Assembly (NCBI GenBank): GCA_032718475.1 | Contig: JAUCBJ010002390.1 | Location: forward strand, 1-58,815 | Direction of reading: 5' to 3' | DNA from: Nemertoderma westbladi | Taxonomy: Eukaryota; Animalia; Xenacoelomorpha | DNA length: 58,815 nucleotides | In this document: positions 12,946-22,492 of the stretch, piece after piece | Position numbering within the stretch: the stretch's first letter is position 1 | Layout: every line of letters starts with the position of its first letter | The notes under the pieces: model-generated | The model's database searches: none | What the model was told of the DNA's origin: nothing | What the model saw: the letters and a program-made list of their open reading frames with translations, nothing else | Translations under genes and position numbers: made by a program

Positions 12946-14143
12946 TGTAAAAGCTTTTGTGGGATAACTGATACGTTTGCCTTTGCTGGCCAGTTCCCCC
13001 CCAGTCGCTAAAATACTCTCAAAGGGATTTATAACTAAAATAGTGCAAGCTACCAGCTTATTGGCTGATGTGCTGTACGGAGATATCTGGGCTCAGTTTA
13101 ATCGGCCAACTAGCTTAGAGAGGTTGCCTTAGCCTTGCTGTCCGTATCGGCCAATAGAATTTGAGTGGGCGTTAATTTCGACCTATCCCAGAGCTACTGA
13201 ACTGAATTTCCTATCTCACTGCTCATCCTCTGTGTTGGACGGGAGCTTCGGGGAATAAGGGAGTTGGTATACTCGTATAGTTATTCTAGTCATATGATTC
13301 TTCATATGATTCGGTTGTTATGTTCCCATTTTTCGCCATAACACCGGCTTTTGGGAAGAACTCTAGTAAAACTGCTTAAATTATCGAAAGTATAAATGTT
13401 ACCCTGGCGGTATTCACTTACCTAAATCACTTAATTTAACTGCACTAATCATATTGTTTGTACTGTTATTTACCGTCAGTTATTAATTGTATCTATTTTG
13501 TTGATGAATTATTGCTCTTTGGAGAATACGGATAAATCACCCAAAATTCCCAATTTTCTTGATACACTACAGGTTAGAGAGACGGGCTATATATAACAAT
13601 TGCGATTTATATTAATGTGGTGTGTATTGAATCTAATGTTATTTAGCAGACCCTACATGAGTCAATTATTGCTCTCTTTATGTGTGATCAAATATACTGA
13701 CGGTCGGCAGAATAGTGTGCATGATTGTGATTGGTAACAAAGTATTTCCTAAAGAATACGCCTTATACTTTAATCATAAGCGGTATCGTTGCGTTTAGTA
13801 TAAGTCCTAGTTCTGTTTAAATAGATAGAGCGCCACGTCCTAAAGGAACTGTTAATATTTCCCGAAAGCCAATAATATCTGTCAGAGATTAATTATTAAC
13901 GATCTATCGAATAATACAGTAAGTTTACACTGCAACCTTACACTGCAATAATACAATTTAAGCAGCCGAATTCAGCCTCCCGGGTGTAGATCCATCGGGT
14001 GAATGATCGCGCATGGGCTGACTTCGGGTAATGTTTTGTGTATTAGCATAAAATATTGTCGTATGCTAAAGGTGTTTTAATTAACTAAAAGACATATAAA
14101 TTTTGGCAGGTTAAACTGCTAAAGGTCTTCAAAAGCGCGAACA
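12946..14143 (+). repeat. 5' LTR of element A
   Basis: TGTAAAAGCTTTT...GCGCGAACA. I could find only two substitutions versus 26822-28019 by eye. Confidence 0.97.
13391..13402 (+). promoter_or_regulatory. Putative self-primer TATAAATGTTAC (candidate transcript 5' end)
   Basis: Exact reverse complement of 14144-14155. The 3' LTR copy is at 27267-27278. Confidence 0.7.
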
Positions 14144-14155
14144 GTAACATTTATA
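14144..14155 (+). promoter_or_regulatory. Non-tRNA primer-binding site of element A (GTAACATTTATA)
   Basis: Directly abuts the LTR-terminal CA, lacks TGG, and is complementary to 13391-13402. Confidence 0.75.
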
Positions 14156-14476
14156 GATCTTATTGCAGTAGGCAATAAGGTTGCAAAATACCGTAGTAAC
14201 CGGTATTTCTGTAGGTCTGTAGGCCCAACTGTCCTAACCGGTACTGCTGTACAAATACATTTAGTATTATTCGATTTTGATTATTGTATACCGGTAGGTC
14301 TCGATATTAAATCGGGGACGCCTGGTTTTTATTGGGATTTTACTTAGGTCTATTTCTGTCAGTTTTATTTACTAGTAGGCTAATATTGAGCAGAAGGCGT
14401 GTGACCCTGCTCAGATTGTTCAGATAATTGTAGGCTGAGCTGCTGTCTGACTGTTGTTGAGTTTGGAGAGATTACG

Positions 14477-15000
14477 GCGTGTGTAGAGTTTGTCTGATCA
14501 AGTGCCGTTAGTAAGTTGGGGCAGCCATATGCGGTAAGGTCAATCCCCTCTTAAAGAATAAGTCGTACTACCGTGTTAGAACGCATACTAACTAACAGTT
14601 TCAGAATCTGCATATACTGTAGTTTATTTAGGCTTGATCGTAGTCTGCCAGTGTTTTGGCCTGTGTTTGTTTGTGTGGTCTGTTCAGGTACCGTAATAGT
14701 TATTACTCAGATATTTTGTAGGCTGGATTGTTGTCTAACTATTCTTAGGCCTGAAGGGATTGCTGCGTGTGTAGAGTTTGTCTGATCAAGTGCCGTTAGT
14801 AAGTTGGGGCAGCCATATGCGGTAAGGTCAATCCCCTCTTAAAGAATAAGTCGTACTACCGTGTTAGAACGCATACTAACTAACAGTTTCAGAATCTGCA
14901 CATACTGTAGTTTGTTTAGGCTTGATAGTAGTTTGCCAGCGTTTGGTTTGTATTTTGTTTGAGTATTCTGTACGGGTAGCGTAATATTTATTATTCAGAG
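14477..15000 (+). repeat. 288-bp-period tandem duplication in the leader of element A
   Basis: GCGTGTGTAGAGTTTGTCTGATCAAG starts at 14477 and 14765. The first ~150 bp of the two copies are almost identical. Confidence 0.9.
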
Positions 15001-16318
15001 TTTATGCGATTATTCGCAACATTCATGTCCCCAAGTTTATTCCTACAGTAATTGTGCTTGTTATACATACCGTTATAGTTAAACTAACCCCGGTACTACA
15101 CGGGCTGCTTGGCGTAGGTAAAGACTGGTGACTTTGTGCTTCGGTCACTCCAGCAGATGCCGTGGTTCTTTTAACTGTTCAAGTATATTTAAATACTGAT
15201 TATTTGTTATACCGGTACTTGTACCTAATTTAGGGTTTAGTGTACAGTGCTTTCCGAAGTATTTAGTGTAGGCAGTATATTTGTGTTGTAAAGTGGTTGA
15301 TAGGCACATTCGTTAGCTCTATTAGCTTCTGGGTAGGAACAATCCGTGATACATAACGTAGTACCTATAGCGATACGGTTATAGGTCGTCAGGCGGTGGT
15401 ATTTTCCTATCTGGACAGTGCAATATATTTACTACTACTTATTATTTCAAATACCGTAGTACCCTGTCCGTTGTAATAACCAGAAATCTAACCCTTTGTT
15501 AGGCTGGTTTGTAGACTTCCTGTAAAATTACCCTAAAAAATTTCGTACGTAATATTTTTGTTGTGTTTAGTTAGAGAATTAATCTCACCCGTATCGTAAG
15601 TAATTTGTAGTATTAAGTAACTTAAGTAAATTAGAATTATCTGTTTTAGTGTCAAATAAATAGCACTTCACTGAGAGCGCACAGCTTCTGTGTAGTGACT
15701 CCCCCAGAAATAATAACATTTATTTCAAATATTGACAAAAACCCATTTAAACGGGTATATATCTATTATAAATCAACTCAAACGATTTATAAATAGTAGG
15801 CCTGCCATACAACAACTAGGTCTCAATATCAGTTGGACTACTGCTTAAATAACAGTAATAAAGTAAGTTAAAGTAACCAAGTAACCCTAAAATATTCAGA
15901 AATTCAATTATTCTAAAAATAATTGACATACCGGTACTTACCATAGGCTTATTATATTTATTTCTATAAATTTGAGCTGAAATCATACCGGTACTCTGTA
16001 ATTAATTCTAGTTCATAATTATACTTATATATACTACAGTACTATAAGTGTAAACTGTATACCGGTATTCACGATAGGCCTATTATATATTTATATATAT
16101 TTGTGCTAAAATTATATACCGGTACTCTGTGACAAATCTAGTCTGTAATAATACTTATATATATTATAAGCATACCGGTATTCTAATATATTGTATATAT
16201 ATCACGTTACACTGAGTAACGGTACCGGTAATAAATCGCTAGGCTTGCGGTCATACTGAATTACCAGACTTGCTTTAACTGAAACTATAGTAGTAGATAT
16301 TCAACTGTATAACTAAAC

Positions 16319-19300
16319 ATGTCTGACACTCAGCAAAACCTGTCAGACAGTCTGATCGATACAACTATCTGTGACTCAGATAGGAGTGTGGAGCGATTAA
16401 GAAAGGAGTTCAGCTCACCTCCTACTGCAAAAAAGGTCATCCCTCCAGTAGTATCAGACCCTAGGCTAATCCACCATAGGTCCATCATAGGCACTCGGGC
16501 ACAGGTAAAACGGAACCAAGAGGCAGTTGTCCCATCGCAGCAACATCTTGGTCAAGAACCTACTTCCCAGCGACCCGATAGCTCCAGCAGTTCGGATACT
16601 GTAGAGCTGACCCCCGAACATGGAGTGCAGATGGCTGATACAGTCTACTCGGACCCCCTTCTTACCCTTCCTGCTGCAGTGCTAACTACTATATTCATTG
16701 CGGTGGAGGAACATCAAGCCGACTGGGCGAAGAATAAGCGAGCGACCCAAGATAATTATGTGGAATACGCCAGGGAAGAATTGATGTCTATTGTCGAGTC
16801 ACAATGGAACTTTCCCGGACTCGGACTCCCGTTGGATCTGTCCGAGGCTACTTGGGAAGAGATCAACAGGATGGGAGTGGCTAAAGATACAATGGATCCA
16901 GCTGTTTGGAAGAGGTCGGCAGCAGGATATGTGCAGGGATTCTTCGGCTCCTTGGAGCGATTGGAAGAACAACTGTTTCGACAACTTCAAGGACCTCAAG
17001 AGCAGGAAGAGCTGCTATACCAAGTACGCGAAAGAACCCTACGCATTCGACTAATCCTCTCAGCCTTTGAGGAAACTTCCAAAAGAAGACAGGACACGTC
17101 GCTGCAGGTTGCTGTCAAAACTTGGTTACATCGGGTAGATCTCAAAGTACAGGAAACGGCCCAGTGGAAATCTCAGCTGGTTGAGAGATCAACCTATGAA
17201 GAACCAACTGATGTCACCCTTTCTCAAGCGGAAAGCGAAGAGACCGCCGAGAAACCGCGAACTAGAGACGCTATCGACATTTATTTGTCCGACTATCAGC
17301 GATTCCTAGGAGACGAAGAGTTGAGGAGACGGCTGTCTGGACTTTCCCCTAATAGTGAAGGAACCAAGCTTGTGTTGGACTCAATCGATGCCGAAATGTT
17401 AGCTGCAAACCAAGCTGAATGTGATGAAAAACTCCGCCTCACTAGAGTCCGAGAAGAACAAATAAAGAAAAGAAGGATAGAGGAACAAAAGGCGGCGGCT
17501 ATGGCAGAAGCAGAAGTAGAAAGAAAGGCAGCGGCGGCAGATGCAGAAGCAGAAAGAAAAGCAGCAAAGGCAGTGGCAGAAGCAGAAAGGAGAGCCTCTG
17601 AGCAGACTACCCAACTGGAGTTGGAAAATCTGCAAGAGACACAAGACAGTATAAATAAACAGTTTACTGCTAATCAAATGCAGATGATGAGAAAATCTAC
17701 TCCCAAGCGCCAGGGATACACATCCTCGGAGGAAGGCGAGACCACCGATCCTGAAGGCGGAGGAAATAGATCTCATCTAAGTAGGCGTAGAAAAACATCT
17801 TACCGTCGCAAATTGCCTGATTTGCCCCCAGCTGTTAAAAGACAGCTAACTAGCACAGACTTAGGCAGTGCAGAACCCATAGAACAATTTATCCAGGTCA
17901 AAAGACTCCCTACTATAGTCGATGAACCTGAAATAATTAGGCCTGTTGTTCCCAAAGTCACTTCTGTGCTAGAGACTCCTGCACTTCCAGAGCTTAACTC
18001 TAAATTCCCTTTACATAGTACTACACTGCCTGTACCCGGTGGAACAGTCCATGCAAATACCCCTGTCCAGATAGCAGAGAGAGAAATCAATAATTTGTCT
18101 CCCGTCGTCCCGCGTCAGCCCGCTACTATGTTGGCGACTCCCGCTTCGGCGGTTGAGTGGGTGGAAGAGGGACGGCGGGGGATGAATCTCCTGCTGGGAC
18201 AGATGCAGGAGACTGTCCACCAACTTAAGGGAACGGTGAGGGAAGGTAGAGCAGAGTTGCAAGAGGTGCAGCAAAGTATCGCACTAGAACGCGACAAATT
18301 AGTCAATATCCAAAAGGGCATACCAATAACCCCTGTAACATTGTGTCAACCTGTTAGGTCTGAAGTATTACATGCGCAAGGTGTGGAGCCTACACGCATC
18401 TATACTGCTAGTGAAGTTGAAACTCCTATAGCAAACCCTATTAAGGGTGATTATAGACCTGTTATTAATGATATTCCCTATAGAACTGATAATGATCCGA
18501 GAAATTTACATACCGATAATTCGATATTAAATAACACAATGGCCCAAGAAAGCTTTACGCGTCAGATGGCTAGAACAGAAGCCCGCCAAGCGGTCAAAGT
18601 GGGAGAGATCGTCAAATTCAATGGAGATGAGATGAAATGGTTACCTTTCAACGAATATTACAAAGATAGCATACAGAACTCTGTACTATCTAACGGAGAG
18701 AAACTTAGATTCCTCATCAAGTGCTTGGAAGGACCTCCCAAGTTAATGGCGTTAAAGTTTATTGGACATCCAGAAGGATTAAGACAAGTTTGGGATACAT
18801 TAAACATCAGGTATGGTAACAAGGATAACATAGCTAAGTATTTGTACGCAAAATTAGTAGCCCCCCGACACTTCCTTAGTAGTGGGATTATAGAGTTTTC
18901 CGATGAAATTCAAGAGATCTGTAGACAACTGGACTGGTTAGGTAAGTCGCATGAATATCAGAGTTCCATGGTTATTGGAGCCGTAGTCTCTACTTTACCA
19001 AAGGGTGGAGTATGTACACGCTGGGACAAGAAAGTGTTGTACATGAATGAACAACAACGACGAAGTCCTACCATGGCTGATCTCATGTCTTTCTTAGATG
19101 GTGAAGTAAAACTACAACTCATCAAGCAGTCCAGAGAGAAAACATCGGAAAATAAGGTAAGTGAGAAACCCGTTTCTAAGAGAAGGATAATACCAGTGTG
19201 TTACACTGACGACGGCGAGAGCCAAGCTTCTCAAGAAGAGGACAGCGGGAAAGACATAGCAAAATCTTACTATGACAACAAGACCTATAAAGACGTAAGT

Positions 19301-20878
19301 AAATACAAGTCTCGAATCAGTGACAGGAGAGAACAGGTAACAACAACTCCTCCTACGTCTCCTAAGAGAATTCACGGAAGAAAGCCCGAAGAAAGAACGA
19401 GAGTGCATAACGTTACCCAAGGTAAGGTGAGTAACATCAAACCAAAATGTGCGCTGTGCGACGGGCCCCACCGTTTGAGTGCGTGTGCTGAATTTCTAAA
19501 GAAATCCCCTGTAGACAGACGTACAGTCCTGTGGAATAAGCGGTTATGCTATAATTGCCTCAGATCAGGACACCAACGGCGAACCTGTTACTCCGACGTA
19601 AAGTGTGCAAAGTGTGGCGCGAAACATCACATCTTGTTACACAGTGAGTTCGAACGAGACAACCCGAGTCAGGTAAGTGAGCCCGAACTACATGTCCAAT
19701 TCAGTGATGTGAACGACACTGACCAAGGTTCTGAGTGGGAAGGATTCTATACAGACGAATTCTCCGATGCCAACGAATCCTGTTATCTAATAAATACCAC
19801 AGTGTATCGAGCACTTACGGATGAAAAGGACACTGACGAGTTTACTCCAACTCCTTTTGACAAACAACCATCTTGGAAAGTTCCAACTTCCAACATAGGA
19901 ATAAGAGAATTTCCTGTAGTGCAAGTTCGAGTTCATGGTCTCAACAAGAGTTACATAGTGAACGCCCTACTTGACTCCGGCAGCACAGGAACATTCATCG
20001 ATCAAGAACTAGCCGAAGATATCTTTGCTGGACAACCCAAGTTCCGGACTAAATTGAATATGTCAGGAATTATGCAGGTTTGGAAATCTACCCTAACGGC
20101 AGATTACTATGTAGGTGTGTTGTCCACCCCCCAGGATAAGTTAGGAACACAAGGTATAAGGTCAGTAAAAATGGTGGCTATAAAGAACTTTGCTACTACT
20201 CAAGCAGACCTTTATAATTGGGACGAAGATGAGAGCATCCAACATCTTAAGATACCTCGATTCCAGACAGATTATCCTGGAGTGCAAATACTCATCGGCC
20301 AAAACGCGCATGAGGCGCTCGAGACATTGGAGAAACGGCCTGCTCAACCGCAGCCACTACAAACCTATGCGGTAAGAACTAGAGTAGGTTGGTACTTCAC
20401 TGGCCCTTCCCGTAGAACTCTCAAAGAGAGATTACCTCAACAACAGGTATACCAAGTAAAGGAATGGGAAGTGGAGAGCATTGATGTGGACGATCCAACT
20501 GAGGGAACACCATACTCCTCAGATAATGACGATATTAACTCCAATGTAGATCAATGGAGACATCGCCCCGAGATGATTAATCTAGCCGACATCGCTTCCA
20601 GAGGAGCAACTCCTCAAGAACGGATAGATACTCCCGGCTGGTTAGGTGGACCCGACTCCCTAAGTAAAGAAGAAGATGAATGGCCTTCTCATCTTACCAC
20701 TGCGGAGATTAGACAGGCCAAGGGAGCGGAGGAAGTAACACGACAGCCTAATCGCCCAGCTGGTCGCTTAGGTTTACTGGAAAGAGACCGAAAACTGTCC
20801 GGAAACCATGGAAGGCAAGATACTCTTCCTACGACCACTTCCCTAATTCGACAAAGATCTAGGGACTCCATAACGTAA
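16319..20878 (+). CDS. BEL/Pao Gag-protease polyprotein with only remnants of pol (1519 aa)
   Basis: Coiled-coil region; DUF1759-like capsid segment (IVKFNGDEMKW...LSNGEKLRFL...WDTLNIRYG); BEL triple knuckle (CALCDGPHRLSAC, CYNCLRSGHQRRTC, CAKCGAKHHILLH); protease NALLDSGSTGTFI...ILIG...TRVGW; RNase H tail QWRH....NLADIASRG...WLGGP; pol end RPAGRL. No YxDD RT motif or DDE integrase core. Confidence 0.9.
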   Translation: MSDTQQNLSDSLIDTTICDSDRSVERLRKEFSSPPTAKKVIPPVVSDPRLIHHRSIIGTRAQVKRNQEAVVPSQQHLGQEPTSQRPDSSSSSDTVELTPEHGVQMADTVYSDPLLTLPAAVLTTIFIAVEEHQADWAKNKRATQDNYVEYAREELMSIVESQWNFPGLGLPLDLSEATWEEINRMGVAKDTMDPAVWKRSAAGYVQGFFGSLERLEEQLFRQLQGPQEQEELLYQVRERTLRIRLILSAFEETSKRRQDTSLQVAVKTWLHRVDLKVQETAQWKSQLVERSTYEEPTDVTLSQAESEETAEKPRTRDAIDIYLSDYQRFLGDEELRRRLSGLSPNSEGTKLVLDSIDAEMLAANQAECDEKLRLTRVREEQIKKRRIEEQKAAAMAEAEVERKAAAADAEAERKAAKAVAEAERRASEQTTQLELENLQETQDSINKQFTANQMQMMRKSTPKRQGYTSSEEGETTDPEGGGNRSHLSRRRKTSYRRKLPDLPPAVKRQLTSTDLGSAEPIEQFIQVKRLPTIVDEPEIIRPVVPKVTSVLETPALPELNSKFPLHSTTLPVPGGTVHANTPVQIAEREINNLSPVVPRQPATMLATPASAVEWVEEGRRGMNLLLGQMQETVHQLKGTVREGRAELQEVQQSIALERDKLVNIQKGIPITPVTLCQPVRSEVLHAQGVEPTRIYTASEVETPIANPIKGDYRPVINDIPYRTDNDPRNLHTDNSILNNTMAQESFTRQMARTEARQAVKVGEIVKFNGDEMKWLPFNEYYKDSIQNSVLSNGEKLRFLIKCLEGPPKLMALKFIGHPEGLRQVWDTLNIRYGNKDNIAKYLYAKLVAPRHFLSSGIIEFSDEIQEICRQLDWLGKSHEYQSSMVIGAVVSTLPKGGVCTRWDKKVLYMNEQQRRSPTMADLMSFLDGEVKLQLIKQSREKTSENKVSEKPVSKRRIIPVCYTDDGESQASQEEDSGKDIAKSYYDNKTYKDVSKYKSRISDRREQVTTTPPTSPKRIHGRKPEERTRVHNVTQGKVSNIKPKCALCDGPHRLSACAEFLKKSPVDRRTVLWNKRLCYNCLRSGHQRRTCYSDVKCAKCGAKHHILLHSEFERDNPSQVSEPELHVQFSDVNDTDQGSEWEGFYTDEFSDANESCYLINTTVYRALTDEKDTDEFTPTPFDKQPSWKVPTSNIGIREFPVVQVRVHGLNKSYIVNALLDSGSTGTFIDQELAEDIFAGQPKFRTKLNMSGIMQVWKSTLTADYYVGVLSTPQDKLGTQGIRSVKMVAIKNFATTQADLYNWDEDESIQHLKIPRFQTDYPGVQILIGQNAHEALETLEKRPAQPQPLQTYAVRTRVGWYFTGPSRRTLKERLPQQQVYQVKEWEVESIDVDDPTEGTPYSSDNDDINSNVDQWRHRPEMINLADIASRGATPQERIDTPGWLGGPDSLSKEEDEWPSHLTTAEIRQAKGAEEVTRQPNRPAGRLGLLERDRKLSGNHGRQDTLPTTTSLIRQRSRDSIT

Positions 20879-22306
20879 TTATATATGGAGTGGGTGTGTG
20901 ACTATATTATTTTATATTTTTTATTGTTATTTTATATTTATGTATGGATTATTATGTACTTTATTATAATCGTTTTATTTAATTTTATTTAGTGGAATGT
21001 TATTTAGATTATTTAGTAGATTAGTGCAATATATTAGTGTTTATTACGTAATTACATAATATATCTAGTGCGACGGCAAGAAATAATTATTTTCTCTTTC
21101 CTTACTGTCCGTATTATATTATAAATGCGAGACTACAGTAAGATGAAATGTCCGTACTTCTTAAAGTACAATAAAGCCACTACTATATTCAAGTATTATT
21201 GGTAGGCAGAGTATTAGGAATGCAAAGGTCAGATCCTCGTGTCTCGGCTAAACCAAGCTCTGGGTAGACCTTGGAGACGACTTGCCTCTTCACACTGACA
21301 TTGCTTCGTGCGATATTGCTCTTCTACCTTATAACAAATAATACATATAGTAGCGTGATGTCCCTCTAACAGTAGCGTAAATCGCAAATAAATCTGTTAA
21401 ACTTTTGACCATCTGTAATTCTAGTCGATTAAGATATCGTGGCACCCACCGATATACTTGAAAGACAAATTCTAGAATCAGTGGTTAACGTCCCCAGACA
21501 AGTTCTGGAATAAATCGGTGCCCATCCTAAATATTAATTTAATATTTATTAAAATCTGTAAAATCCCGATCCTTTAAAATTTCTAGTCAATTAAGATATC
21601 GCAGTATTTACCGATATTCTTAGAAGTACTATTTTATAGAATTAAGGATCCTAAGTCCCCAGATATGCTCTGGAATAAAATTTGTGTCAATTTAACATCA
21701 AATAATAAAATTCACGGGAATAAATTTAAATTCATATTCAAATGAATTTCATAAATTGTCATTTTGTGCAATTTATAACATTCCCAAAATTCCAGTAATT
21801 AATAGATCATGGGAGCGGAGATTCATATTGAGTGTACTAGAGTGCGAGAATCTCCAACATATAGTCAATAGCCGATAAAATTTATAAAATCAGGCATAAA
21901 GAGAATATTGACAATTAAAGAATTACTATTAAATAACATCCCAGATCTGTATACATGAGAATTGCCCTAATTCTACCGCTAGTTTTCCATAATGTCACCA
22001 TGGCAACACCCACGCTAGAATTAGAAGCAAGTTAAATGAACAATAAAAAGCTTGCCCCATTGCGTAGCATAAGAGTATACATAGCGCACTATTAGTATCC
22101 AAGGATACATAGTAATAACGTGACATTCTGGAAGACACTGACTAACGGACAAATGGCATGCATGTGTGCAGTAAGTAATGATTGTATGGAATTTGTGCGT
22201 TTATAGGTGAATGTTACTACTAAAGTGTGTTTACAGTAGCTAATCGCAATTGTAAAGTAGCCCTAACTCTACCGAGATAACCTCAAGTGGATTCAAGCCT
22301 TTGGGA

Positions 22307-22449
22307 CGGACAGTGGTGGGACTTGTGCCAGTTATCGTTGTCGTGCTGTTGCTACATGTTGGCGTAAACACTGCGACAACGGTACATCGGCGCTGAGAAA
22401 CCCACTGTCCGGGGGCAAAGCCTAGTAGGCAGCGACGCCCGCTTGCCTA
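22307..22449 (+). other. Conserved RNA secondary structure upstream of ORF2
   Basis: Stems CGGACAGTGG/CCACTGTCCG, TATCGTTGTCGT/GCGACAACGGTA and TAGGCAGCG/CGCTTGCCTA. Pairing-preserving changes occur in element B at 31196-31341. Confidence 0.65.
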
Positions 22450-22492
22450 AAATATTAACTCATATTGATATTAATAAACTCAGATAACAGAT

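Noticed and set aside
13391-13396. TATAAA as merely a TATA box
   Set aside because: Not excluded, but it would not explain 12-nt complementarity to the PBS in two elements with different sequences.
16319-20878. Domesticated host gag gene
   Set aside because: Flanked by near-identical LTRs and a TSD, so it is part of a recently mobile element.
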